From contig CAXHJY010000096.1 of the NCBI GenBank assembly GCA_964016885.1, positions 124,001-188,000 on the forward strand: DNA of 64,000 bases, read 5' to 3'. The DNA is from Eledone cirrhosa. Lineage: Eukaryota. Both the position numbers and the translations under genes were made by a program. A model generated the notes under the pieces. That model had not been told where the DNA came from. It made no database searches and saw only the letters and a list, made by a program, of their open reading frames with translations. Positions within the stretch are counted from its first letter, which is position 1; every line of letters starts with the position of its first letter. Positions 11,801-25,200 of this stretch are shown here, in pieces.

Positions 11801-14800
11801 CCGTCCAAGGGGAGATAATTTTCAGCCGTCCAAAGAGAGGTAATTTCTAGCCGTTCAAGGGGAGATAATTTCCAGCCGTCCAAGGGGAAATAATTTCCAG
11901 CCGTCCAAGGGGAGATAATTTTTTTAAAAAAATCAGGCGGAGATAATTTGTAAAAAAAATCAGGGGGAGATAATTCGTAAAAAAAAATCAGGGGGAGATA
12001 ATTTGTAAAAAAAAATCAGGGGGAGATAATTTGTAAAAAAAATCAAGGGGAGATAATTTCCAGCCGTCCAAGGGGAGGTAATATCTAGCCGTCCAAGGGG
12101 AGATAATTTCCAGCCGTCCAAGGGGAGATAATTTTTTTAAAAAAATCAGGCGGAGATAATTTGTAAAAAAAATCAGGGGGAGATAATTTGTAAACAAAAT
12201 TAGGGGGAGATAATTTGTAAAAAAAAATCAGGGGGAGATAATTTGTAAAAAAAATTAGGCGTAGATAATTTGTAAAAAAAAATCAGGGGAGATAATTTGT
12301 AAAAAAAAATCAGGGGGAGATAATTTGTTTAAAAAATCAAGGGGAGATAATTTGCAGCCGTCCAAGGGGAGATAATTTTCAGCCGTCCAAGGAGAGGTAA
12401 TTTCTAGCCGTTCAAGAGGAGATAATTTCCAGCCGTCCAAGGGGAGATAATTTCCAGCCGTCCAAGGGAAGATAATTTCCAGCCCTCCAAGGGGCTATAA
12501 TTTCCAGCGTCCAAGGGGAGATAATTTCCAGCCAGCGAAGGGGAGATAATTTTTTTTAAAATATCATTGGGAGATTTGTAAAAAAAATCAGGGGGAGATA
12601 ATTTGTAAAAAAAATCAAGGGGAGATAATTTCCAGCCGTCCAAGGGGAGGTAATATCTAGCCGTCCAAGGGGAGATAATTTCCAGCCGTCCAAGGGGAGA
12701 TAATTTCCAGCCGTCCAAGGGTAGATAATATCCAGCCGTCCAAGGACATATTTTCCAGCCGTCCAAGGAGAGGTAATTTCTAGCCGTCCAAGGGGAGATA
12801 AATTCCAGCCTCCAAGGGGAGATAATTTCCAGCCAGCCAAGGGGAGATAATTTGTAAAAAAATCAGGGGGAGATAATTTGTAAAAAAAATCAGGGGGAGA
12901 TAATTTGTAAAAAAAAATCAGGGGGAGATAATTTGTAAAAAAAAATCAGGGGGAGATAATTTGTAAAAAAAAATCAGGGGGAGATAATTTCCAGCCGTCC
13001 AAGGGGAGATAATTTTCAGCCGTCCAAGGGGAGATAATTTCCCGCCAGCCAAGGGAAGATAATATCTAAAAAAATCAGGCGGAGATAATTTGTAAAAAAA
13101 ATCAGGGGGAGATAATTTGTAAAAAATTCAGGGGGAGATAATTTGTAAAAAAAAAATCAGGGGGAGATAATTTGTAAAAAAAATCAGGGGGAGATAATTT
13201 GTAAAAAAAAATCAGGGGTAGATAATTTGTAAAAAAAATCAGGGGGAGATAATTTGTAAAAAAAATGAAAGGGGAGATAATATCCAGCCGTCCAAGGGGA
13301 GATAATTTCCAGCCGTCCAAGGGGAGATAATTTCCAGCCGTCCAAGGGGAGATAATTTCCATCCTTCCAAGGGGATATAATTTCCAGCCGTCCAAGGGGA
13401 GATAATTTCCCGCCAGCCAAGGGAAGATAATTTTTTAAAAAATCAGGCGGAGATTGTAAAAAAAATCAGGGGGGAGATAATTTGTAAAAAAATCAGGGGG
13501 AGATAATTTGTAAAAAAAAATCAGGGGGAGATAATTTGTAAAAAATAATCAGGGGGAGATAATTTGTAAAAAAAAATCAAGGGGAGATAATTTCCAGCCG
13601 TCCAAGGGGAGATAATTTCCATCCTTCCAAGGGGATATAATTTCCAGCCGTCCAAGGGGAGATAATTTCCCGCCAGCCAAGTGAAGATGATTTTTAAAAA
13701 AATCAGGCGGAGATTGTAAAAAAAATCAGGGGGGGAGATAATTTGTAAAAAAATCAGGGGGAGATAATTTGTAAAAAAAAAATCAGGGGGAGATAATTTG
13801 TAAAAAAAAATCAGGGGGAGATAATTTGTAAAAAAAAATCAGGGGGAGATAATTTGTAAAAAAAATTAGGCGTAGATAATTTGTAAAAAAAAATCAGGGG
13901 GAGATAATTTGTAAAAAAAATCAGGGGGAGATAATTTGTTTAAAAAATCAAGGGGAGATAATTTGCAGCCGTCCAAGGGGAGATAATTTTCAGCCGTCCA
14001 AGGAGAGGTAATTTCTAGCCGTTCAAGGGGAGATAATTTCCAGCCGTCCAAGGGGAAATAATTTCCAGCCGTCCAAGGGGAGATAATTTTTTTTAAAAAA
14101 TCAGGCGGAGATAATTTGTAAAAAAAATCAGGGGGAGATAATTCGTAAAAAAAAATCAGGGGGAGATAATTTGTAAAAAAAAATCAGGGGGAGATAATTT
14201 GTAAAAAAAATCAAGGGGAGATAATTTCCAGCCGTCCAAGGGGAGGTAATATCTAGCCGTCCAAGGGGAGATAATTTCCAGCCGTCCAAGGGGAGATAAT
14301 TTTTTTTAAAAAATCAGGCGGAGATAATTTGTAAAAAAAATCAGGGGGAGATAATTTGTAAACAAAATCAGGGGGAGATAATTTGTAAAAAAAAATCAGG
14401 GGGAGATAATTTGTAAAAAAAATTAGGCGTAGATAATTTGTAAAAAAAAATCAGGGGGAGATAATTTGTAAAAAAAAATCAGAGGGAGATAATTTGTTTA
14501 AAAAATCAAGGGGAGATAATTTGCAGCCGTCCAAGGGGAGATAATTTTCAGCCGTCCAAGGAGAGGTAATTTCTAGCCGTTCAAGGGGAGATAATTTCCA
14601 GCCGTCCAAGGGGAGATAATTTCCAGCCGTCCAAGGGGAGATAATTTTTTTTAAAAAATCAGGCGGAGATAATTTGTAAAAAAAAATCAGGGGGAGATAA
14701 TTCGTAAAAAAAAATCAGGGGGAGATAATTTGTAAAAGAAATCAAGGAGAGATAATTTCCAGCCGTCCAAGGGGAGATAATTTCCAGCCGTCCAAGGAGA

Positions 14801-17800
14801 CATATTTTCCAGCCGTCCAAGGCGAGGTAATTTCTAGCCGTCCAAGGGGAGATAAATTCCAGCCTCCAAGGGGAGATAATTTCCAGCCAGCCAAGTGGAG
14901 ATAATTTGTAAAAAAATCAGGGGGAGATAATTTGTAAAAAATATCAGGGAGATAATTTGTAAAAAAAAATCAGGGGGAGATAATTTGTAAAAAAAATCAG
15001 GGGGAGATAATTTGTAAAAAAAAATCAGGGGGAGATAATTTGTAAAAAAAATCAAGGGGTGATAATTTCCAGCCGTCCAAGGGGAGATAATTTTCAGCCG
15101 TCCAAGGGGAGATAATTTCCCGCCAGCCAAGGGAAGATAATTTCTAAAAAAATCAGGCGGAGATTGTAAAAAAAATCAGGGGGGAGATAATTTGTAAAAA
15201 AATCAGGGGGAGATAATTTGTAAAAAATAATCAGAGGGAGATAATTTGTAAAAAAATTCAAGGGGAGATAATTTCCAGCCGTCCAAGGGAAGATAATTTC
15301 CCGCCAGCCAAGGGAAGATAATATTTAAAAAAATTAGGCGGAGATAATTTGTAAAAAAAATCAGGGGGAGATAATTTGTAAAAAAATCAGGGGGAGATAA
15401 TTTGTAAAAAAAATCAGGGGGAGATAATTTGTAAAAAAAATTATGGGGAGATAATTTGTAAAAAAAAATCAGGGGTAGATAATTTGTAAAAAAAAATCAG
15501 GGGGAGATAATTTGTAAAAAAAAATCAGGGGAAGATAATTTGTAAAAAAAATCAAGGGGAGATAATATCCAGCCGTCCAAGGAGAGATAATTTTTAAAAA
15601 AAATGAGGCGGAGATAATTTGTAAAAAAAAAATCAGGGGGAGTTAATTTGTAAAAAAAAATGAGGGGGAGATAATTTGTAAAAAAAATCAAGGGGAGATA
15701 ATTTCCAGCCGTCCAAGGGGAGATAATTTTCAGCCGTCCAAGGAGAGGTAATTTCTAGCCGTCGAAGGGGAGATAATTTCCAGCCGTCCAAGGGGAGGTC
15801 ATTTCCAGCCGTCCAAGGGGAGATAATTTTTAAAAAAAAATCAGGCGGAGATAATTTGTAAAAAAAATCAAGGGGAGATAATTTGCAGCCGTCCAAGGGG
15901 AGATAATTTTCAGTCGTCCAAGGAGAGGTAATTTCTAGCCGTCCAAGGGGAGATAATTTCCAGCCGTCCAAGGGGAGATAATTTCCAGCCGTCCAAGGGG
16001 AGATAATTTTTTTTAAAAAATCAGGCGGAGATAATTTGTAAAAAAAATCAGGGGGAGATAATTTGTAAAAAAAAATCAGGGGGAGATAATTTGTAAAAAA
16101 AATTAGGCGTAGATAATTTGTAAAAAAAAATCAGGGGGAGATAATTTGTAAAAAAAATCAGGGGGAGATAATTTGTTTAAAAAATCAAGGGGAGATAATT
16201 TGCAGCCGTCCAAGGGGAGATAATTTTCAGCCGTCCAAGGAGACGTAATTTCTAGCCGTTCAAGGGGAGATAATTTCCAGCCGTCCAAGGGGAGATAATT
16301 TCCAGCCGTCCAAGGGGAGATAATTTTTTTTAAAAAATCAGGCGGAGATAATTTGTAAAAAAAAATCAGGGGGAGATAATTCGTAAAAAAAAATCAGGGG
16401 GAGATAATTTGTAAAAAAAAATCAGGGGGAGATAATTTGTAAAAAAAATCAAGGGGAGATAATTTCCAGCCGTCCAAGGGGAGGTAATATCTAGCCGTCC
16501 AAGGGGAGATAATTTCCAGCCGTCCAAGGGGAGATAATTTCCAGCCGTCCAAGGGGAGATAATTTCCAGCCGTCCAAGGAGACATATTTTCCAGCCGTCC
16601 AAGGCGAGGTAATTTCTAGCCGTCCAAGGGGAGATAAATTCCAGCCTCCAAGGGGAGATAATTTCCAGCCAGCCAAGTGGAGATAATTTGTAAAAAAATC
16701 AGGGGGAGATAATTTGTAAAAAATATGAGGGAGATAATTTGTAAAAAAAAATCAGGGGGAGATAATTTGTAAAAAAAATCAGGGGGAGATAATTTGTAAA
16801 AATAAATCAGGGGGAGATAATTTGTAAAAAAAATCAAGGGGAGATAATTTCCAGCCGTCCAAGGGGAGATAATTTTCAGCCGTCCAAGGGGAGATAATTT
16901 CCCGCCAGCCAAGGGAAGATAATATTTAAAAAAATCAGGCGGAGATAATTTGTAAAAAAAATCAGGGGGAGATAATTTGTAAAAAAATCAGGGGGAGATA
17001 ATTTGTAAAAAAAAAATCAGGGGGAGATAATTTGTAAAAAAAATCAGGGGGAGATAATTTGTAAAAAAAAATCAGGGGTAGATAATTTGTAAAAAAAAAT
17101 CAGGGGGAGATAATTTGTAAAAAAAAATCAGGGGGAGATAATTTGTAAAAAAAATGAAAGGGGAGATAATATCCAGCCGTCCAAGGGGAGATAATTTCCA
17201 GCCGTCCAAGGGGAGATAATTTCCAGCCGTCCAAGGGGAGATAATTTCCATCCTTCCAAGGGGATATAATTTCCAGCCGTCCAAGGGGAGATAATTTCCC
17301 GCCAGCCAAGGGAAGATAATTTTTAAAAAAATCAGGCGGAGATTGTAAAAAAAATCAGGGAGGAGATAATTTGTAAAAAAATCAGGGGGAGATAATTTGT
17401 TAAAAATAATCAGGGGGAGATAATTTGTAAAAAAATTCAAGGGGAGATAATTTCCAGCCGTCCAAGGGGAGATAATTTCCCGCCAGCCAAGGGAAGATAA
17501 TATTTAAAAAAATTAGGCGGAGATAATTTGTAAAAAAAATCAGGGGGAGATAATTTGTAAAAAAATCAGGGGGAGATAATTTGTAAAAAAAATCAGGGGG
17601 AGATAATTTGTAAAAAAAATCAAGGGGAGATAATTTCCAGCCGTCCAAGGGGAGATAATTTTCAGCCGTCCAAGGGGAGATAATTTCCCGCCAGCCAAGG
17701 GAAGATAATATTTAAAAAAATCAGGCGGAGATAATTTGTAAAAAAAATCAGGGGGAGATAATTTGTAAAAAATTCAGGGGGAGATAATTTGTAAAAAAAA

Positions 17801-19240
17801 AATCAGAGGGAGATAATTTGTAAAAAAAATCAGGGGGAGATAATTTGTAAAAAAAATCAGGGGGAGATAATTTGTAAAAAAAATGAAAGGGGAGATAATA
17901 TCCAGCCGTCCAAGGGGAGATAATTTCCAGCCGTCCAAGGGGAGATAATTTCCAGCCGTCCAAGGGGAGATAATTTCCATCCTTCCAAGGGGATATAATT
18001 TCCAGCCGTCCAAGGGGAGATAATTTCGAGCCAAGGGGAGATAATTTCCAGCCGTCCAAGGGGAGATAATTTTTTAAAAAATCAGGTGGAGATAATTTGT
18101 AAAAAAAATCAGGGGGAGATAATTTGTAAAAACAAAATCAAGGGCAGATAATTTCCAGCTGTCCAAGGGGAGATAATTTCCAGCCGTCCAAGGGGAGATA
18201 ATTTCCAGCCGTCCAAGGGGAGATAATTTCCATCCTTCCAAGGGGATATAATTTCCAGCCGTCCAAGGGGAGATAATTTCCCGCCAGCCAAGGGAAGATG
18301 AATTTTAAAAAAATCAGGCGGAGATTGTAAAAAAAATCAGGGGAGGAGATAATTTGTAAAAAAATCAGGGGGAGATAATTTGTAAAAAAAAAATCAGGGG
18401 GAGATAATTTGTAAAAAAAAATCAGGGGGAGATAATTTGTGAAAAAAAAATCAGGGGGAGATAATTTGTAAAAAAATTAGGCGTAGATAATTTGTAAAAA
18501 AAAATCAGGGGGAGATAATTTGTAAAAAAAAATCAGGGGGAGATAATTTGTTTAAAAAATCAAGGGGAGATAATTTGCAGCCGTCCAAGGGGAGATAATT
18601 TTCAGCCGTCCAAGGAGAGGTAATTTCTAGCCGTTCAAGGGGAGATAATTTCCAGCCGTCCAAGGGGAAATAATTTCCAGCCGTCCAAGGGGAGATAATT
18701 TTTTAAAAAAAATCAGGCGGAGATAATTTGTAAAAAAAATCAGGGGGAGATAATTCGTAAAAAAAAATCAGGGGGAGATAATTTGTAAAAAAAAATCAGG
18801 GGGAGATAATTTGTAAAAAAAATCAAGGGGAGATAATTTCCAGCCGTCCAAGGGGAGGTAATATCTAGCCGTCCAAGGGGAGATAATTTCCAGCCGTCCA
18901 AGGGGAGATAATTTTTTTAAAAAAATCAGGCGGAGATAATTTGTAAAAAAAATCAGGGGGAGATAATTTGTAAACAAAATTAGGGGGAGATAATTTGTAA
19001 AAAAAAATCAGGGGGAGATAATTTGTAAAAAAAATTAGGCGTAGATAATTTGTAAAAAAAAATCAGGGGAGATAATTTGTAAAAAAAAATCAGGGGGAGA
19101 TAATTTGTTTAAAAAATCAAGGGGAGATAATTTGCAGCCGTCCAAGGGGAGATAATTTTCAGCCGTCCAAGGAGAGGTAATTTCTAGCCGTTCAAGAGGA
19201 GATAATTTCCAGCCGTCCAAGGGGAGATAATTTCCAGCCG
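8850..19240 (+). repeat. Homologous segments at about 6,780-bp offset (about 8.85-12.46 kb vs about 15.63-19.24 kb)
   Basis: ORF pairs 9586/16366, 9836/16616, 10292/17072, 10620/17400, 10968/17748, 11329/18109, 11988/18768 and 12255/19035. Confidence 0.85.
11263..17110 (+). repeat. HOR segment, copy 2 of the 11,262-bp-offset duplication
   Basis: Same evidence as copy 1. Colinearity is lost after about 17.1 kb, where the 17072 ORF differs from the 5893 ORF. Confidence 0.9.
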
Positions 19241-22200
19241 TCCAAGGGGAGATAATTTTTTTTAAATAATCAGGCGGAGATAATTTGTAAAAAAAAATCA
19301 GGGGGAGACAATTCGTAAAAAAAAATCAGGGGGAGATAATTTGTAAAAAAAATCAAGGAGAGATAATTTCCAGCCGTCCAAGGGGAGATAATTTCCAGCC
19401 GTCCAAGGAGACATATTTTCCAGCCGTCCAAGGCGAGGTAATTTCTAGCCGTCCAAGGGGAGATAAATTCCAGCCTCCAAGGGGAGATAATTTCCAGCCA
19501 GCCAAGTGGAGATAATTTGTAAAAAAATCAGGGGGAGATAATTTGTAAAAAATATCAGGGAGATAATTTGTAAAAAAAAATCAGGGGGAGATAATTTGTA
19601 AAAAAAATCAGGGGGAGATAATTTGTAAAAAAAAATCAGGGGGAGATAATTTGTAAAAAAAATCAAGGGGAGATAATTTCCAGCCGTCCAAGGGGAGATA
19701 ATTTTCAGCCGTCCAAGGGGAGATAATTTCCCGCCAGCCAAGGGAAGATAATATTTAAAAAAATTAGGCGGAGATAATTTGTAAAAAAATCAGGGGGAGA
19801 TAATTTGTAAAAAAATCAGGGGGAGATAATTTGTAAAAAAAATCAGGGGGAGATAATTTGTAAAAAAAATCATGGGGAGATAATTTGTAAAAAAAAATCA
19901 GGGGTAGATAATTTGTAAAAAAGATCAAGGGGAGATAATTTCAGCCGTCCAAGGAGAGATAATTTAAAAAAAAATCAGGCGGAGATAATTTGTAAAAAAA
20001 AATCAGGGGGAGATAATTTGTAAAAAATAATCAGGGGGAGATAATTTCCAGCCGTCCAAGGGGAGATAATTTTCAGCCGTCCAAGGGGAGATAATTTCCC
20101 GCCAGCCAAGGGAAGATAATATTTAAAAAAATTAGGCGGAGATAATTTGTAAAAAAAATCAGGGGGAGATAATTTGTAAAAAAAATCAGGGGGAGATAAT
20201 TTGTAAAAAAAATCAGGGGTAGATAATTTGTAAAAAAAAATCAGGGGGAGATAATTTGTAAAAAAAAATCAGGGGGAGATAATTTGTAAAAAAAATCAAG
20301 GGGAGATAATTTCCAGCCGTCCAAGGAGAGATAATTTTAAAAAAAATCAGGCGGAGATAATTTGTAAAAAAAAATCAGGGGGAGATAATTTGTAAAAAAA
20401 AATCAGGGGGAGATAATTTGTAAAAAAAATCAAGGGGAGATAATTTCCAGCCGTCCAAGGGGAGATAATTTTCAGCCGTCCAAGGGGAGATAATTTCCCG
20501 CCAGCCAAGGGAAGATAATATTTAAAAAAATCAGGCGGAGATAATTTATAAAAAAAATCAGGGGGAGATAATTTGTAAAAAAAATCAAGGGGTGATAATT
20601 TCCAGCCGTCCAAGGGGAGATAATTTTCAGCCGTCCAAGGGGAGATAATTTCCCGCCAGCCAAGGAGAGATAATTTTTAAAAAAAATGAGGCGGAGATAA
20701 TTTGTAAAAAAAAAATCAGGGGGAGTTAATTTGTAAAAAAAAATGAGGGGGAGATAATTTGTAAAAAAAATCAAGGGGAGATAATTTCCAGCCGTCCAAG
20801 GGGAGATAATTTTCAGCCGTCCAAGGAGAGGTAATTTCTAGCCGTCGAAGGGGAGATAATTTCCAGCCGTCCAAGGGGAGGTCATTTCCAGCCGTCCAAG
20901 GGGAGATAATTTTTAAAAAAAAATCAGGCGGAGATAATTTGTAAAAAAAATCAAGGGGAGATAATTTGCAGCCGTCCAAGGGGAGATAATTTTCAGTCGT
21001 CCAAGGAGAGGTAATTTCTAGCCGTCCAAGGGGAGATAATTTCCAGCCGTCCAAGGGGAGATAATTTCCAGCCGTCCAAGGGGAGATAATTTTTTTTAAA
21101 AAATCAGGCGGACATAATTTGTAAAAAAAATCAGGGGGAGATAATTTGTAAAAAAAAATCAGGGGGAGATAATTTGTAAAAAAAATTAGGCGTAGATAAT
21201 TTGTAAAAAAAAATCAGGGGGAGATAATTTGTAAAAAAAATCAGGGGGAGATAATTTGTTTAAAAAATCAAGGGGAGATAATTTGCAGCCGTCCAAGGGG
21301 AGATAATTTTCAGCCGTCCAAGGAGACGTAATTTCTAGCCGTTCAAGGGGAGATAATTTCCAGCCGTCCAAGGGGAGATAATTTCCAGCCGTCCAAGGGG
21401 AGATAATTTTTTTTAAAAAATCAGGCGGAGATAATTTGTAAAAAAAAATCAGGGGGAGATAATTCGTAAAAAAAAATCAGGGGGAGATAATTTGTAAAAA
21501 AAAATCAGGGGGAGATAATTTGTAAAAAAAATCAAGGGGAGATAATTTCCAGCCGTCCAAGGGGAGGTAATATCTAGCCGTCCAAGGGGAGATAATTTCC
21601 AGCCGTCCAAGGGGAGATAATTTCCAGCCGTCCAAGGGGAGATAATTTCCAGCCGTCCAAGGAGACATATTTTCCAGCCGTCCAAGGCGAGGTAATTTCT
21701 AGCCGTCCAAGGGGAGATAAATTCCAGCCTCCAAGGGGAGATAATTTCCAGCCAGCCAAGTGGAGATAATTTGTAAAAAAATCAGGGGGAGATAATTTGT
21801 AAAAAATATGAGGGAGATAATTTGTAAAAAAAAATCAGGGGGAGATAATTTGTAAAAAAAATCAGGGGGAGATAATTTGTAAAAATAAATCAGGGGGAGA
21901 TAATTTGTAAAAAAAATCAAGGGGAGATAATTTCCAGCCGTCCAAGGGGAGATAATTTTCAGCCGTCCAAGGGGAGATAATTTCCCGCCAGCCAAGGGAA
22001 GATAATATTTAAAAAAATCAGGCGGAGATAATTTGTAAAAAAAATCAGGGGGAGATAATTTGTAAAAAAATCAGGGGGAGATAATTTGTAAAAAAAAAAT
22101 CAGGGGGAGATAATTTGTAAAAAAAATCAGGGGGAGATAATTTGTAAAAAAAAATCAGGGGTAGATAATTTGTAAAAAAAAATCAGGGGGAGATAATTTG

Positions 22201-25200
22201 TAAAAAAAAATCAGGGGGAGATAATTTGTAAAAAAAATGAAAGGGGAGATAATATCCAGCCGTCCAAGGGGAGATAATTTCCAGCCGTCCAAGGGGAGAT
22301 AATTTCCAGCCGTCCAAGGGGAGATAATTTCCATCCTTCCAAGGGGATATAATTTCCAGCCGTCCAAGGGGAGATAATTTCCCGCCAGCCAAGGGAAGAT
22401 AATTTTTAAAAAAATCAGGCGGAGATTGTAAAAAAAATCAGGGAGGAGATAATTTGTAAAAAAATCAGGGGGAGATAATTTGTTAAAAATAATCAGGGGG
22501 AGATAATTTGTAAAAAAATTCAAGGGGAGATAATTTCCAGCCGTCCAAGGGGAGATAATTTCCCGCCAGCCAAGGGAAGATAATATTTAAAAAAATTAGG
22601 CGGAGATAATTTGTAAAAAAAATCAGGGGGAGATAATTTGTAAAAAAATCAGGGGGAGATAATTTGTAAAAAAAATCAGGGGGAGATAATTTGTAAAAAA
22701 AATCAAGGGGAGATAATTTCCAGCCGTCCAAGGGGAGATAATTTTCAGCCGTCCAAGGGGAGATAATTTCCCGCCAGCCAAGGGAAGATAATATTTAAAA
22801 AAATCAGGCGGAGATAATTTGTAAAAAAAATCAGGGGGAGATAATTTGTAAAAAATTCAGGGGGAGATAATTTGTAAAAAAAAAATCAGAGCGAGATAAT
22901 TTGTAAAAAAAATCAGGGGGAGATAATTTGTAAAAAAAATCAGGGGGAGATAATTTGTAAAAAAAATGAAAGGGGAGATAATATCCAGCCGTCCAAGGGG
23001 AGATAATTTCCAGCCGTCCAAGGGGAGATAATTTCCAGCCGTCCAAGGGGAGATAATTTCCATCCTTCCAAGGGGATATAATTTCCAGCCGTCCAAGGGG
23101 AGATAATTTCGAGCCAAGGGGAGATAATTTCCAGCCGTCCAAGGGGAGATAATTTTTTAAAAAATCAGGTGGAGATAATTTGTAAAAAAAATCAGGGGGA
23201 GATAATTTGTAAAAACAAAATCAAGGGCAGATAATTTCCAGCTGTCCAAGGGGAGATAATTTCCAGCCGTCCAAGGGGAGATAATTTCCAGCCGTCCAAG
23301 GGGAGATAATTTCCATCCTTCCAAGGGGATATAATTTCCAGCCGTCCAAGGGGAGATAATTTCCCGCCAGCCAAGGGAAGATGAATTTTAAAAAAATCAG
23401 GCGGAGATTGTAAAAAAAATCAGGGGAGGAGATAATTTGTAAAAAAATCAGGGGGAGATAATTTGTAAAAAAAAAATCAGGGGGAGATAATTTGTAAAAA
23501 AAAATCAGGGGGAGATAATTTGTGAAAAAAAAATCAGGGGGAGATAATTTGTAAAAAAATTAGGCGTAGATAATTTGTAAAAAAAAATCAGGGGGAGATA
23601 ATTTGTAAAAAAAAATCAGGGGGAGATAATTTGTTTAAAAAATCAAGGGGAGATAATTTGCAGCCGTCCAAGGGGAGATAATTTTCAGCCGTCCAAGGAG
23701 AGGTAATTTCTAGCCGTTCAAGGGGAGATAGTTTCCAGCCGTCCAAGGGGAAATAATTTCCAGCCGTCCAAGGGGAGATAATTTTTTAAAAAAAATCAGG
23801 CGGAGATAATTTGTAAAAAAAATCAGGGGGAGATAATTCGTAAAAAAAAATCAGGGGGAGATAATTTGTAAAAAAAAATCAGGGGGAGATAATTTGTAAA
23901 AAAAATCAAGGGGAGATAATTTCCAGCCGTCCAAGGGGAGGTAATATCTAGCCGTCCAAGGGGAGATAATTTCCAGCCGTCCAAGGGGAGATAATTTTTT
24001 TAAAAAAATCAGGCGGAGATAATTTGTAAAAAAAATCAGGGGGAGATAATTTGTAAACAAAATTAGGGGGAGATAATTTGTAAAAAAAAATCAGGGGGAG
24101 ATAATTTGTAAAAAAAATTAGGCGTAGATAATTTGTAAAAAAAAATCAGGGGAGATAATTTGTAAAAAAAAATCAGGGGGAGATAATTTGTTTAAAAAAT
24201 CAAGGGGAGATAATTTGCAGCCGTCCAAGGGGAGATAATTTTCAGCCGTCCAAGGAGAGGTAATTTCTAGCCGTTCAAGAGGAGATAATTTCCAGCCGTC
24301 CAAGGGGAGATAATTTCCAGCCGTCCAAGGGGAGATAATTTTTTTTAAATAATCAGGCGGAGATAATTTGTAAAAAAAAATCAGGGGGAGACAATTCGTA
24401 AAAAAAAATCAGGGGGAGATAATTTGTAAAAAAAATCAAGGAGAGATAATTTCCAGCCGTCCAAGGGGAGATAATTTCCAGCCGTCCAAGGAGACATATT
24501 TTCCAGCCGTCCAAGGCGAGGTAATTTCTAGCCGTCCAAGGGGAGATAAATTCCAGCCTCCAAGGGGAGATAATTTCCAGCCAGCCAAGTGGAGATAATT
24601 TGTAAAAAAATCAGGGGGAGATAATTTGTAAAAAATATCAGGGAGATAATTTGTAAAAAAAAATCAGGGGGAGATAATTTGTAAAAAAAATCAGGGGGAG
24701 ATAATTTGTAAAAAAAAATCAGGGGGAGATAATTTGTAAAAAAAATCAAGGGGAGATAATTTCCAGCCGTCCAAGGGGAGATAATTTTCAGCCGTCCAAG
24801 GGGAGATAATTTCCCGCCAGCCAAGGGAAGATAATATTTAAAAAAATTAGGCGGAGATAATTTGTAAAAAAATCAGGGGGAGATAATTTGTAAAAAAATC
24901 AGGGGGAGATAATTTGTAAAAAAAATCAGGGGGAGATAATTTGTAAAAAAAATCATGGGGAGATAATTTGTAAAAAAAAATCAGGGGTAGATAATTTGTA
25001 AAAAAGATCAAGGGGAGATAATTTCAGCCGTCCAAGGAGAGATAATTTAAAAAAAAATCAGGCGGAGATAATTTGTAAAAAAAAATCAGGGGGAGATAAT
25101 TTGTAAAAAATAATCAGGGGGAGATAATTTCCAGCCGTCCAAGGGGAGATAATTTTCAGCCGTCCAAGGGGAGATAATTTCCCGCCAGCCAAGGGAAGAT

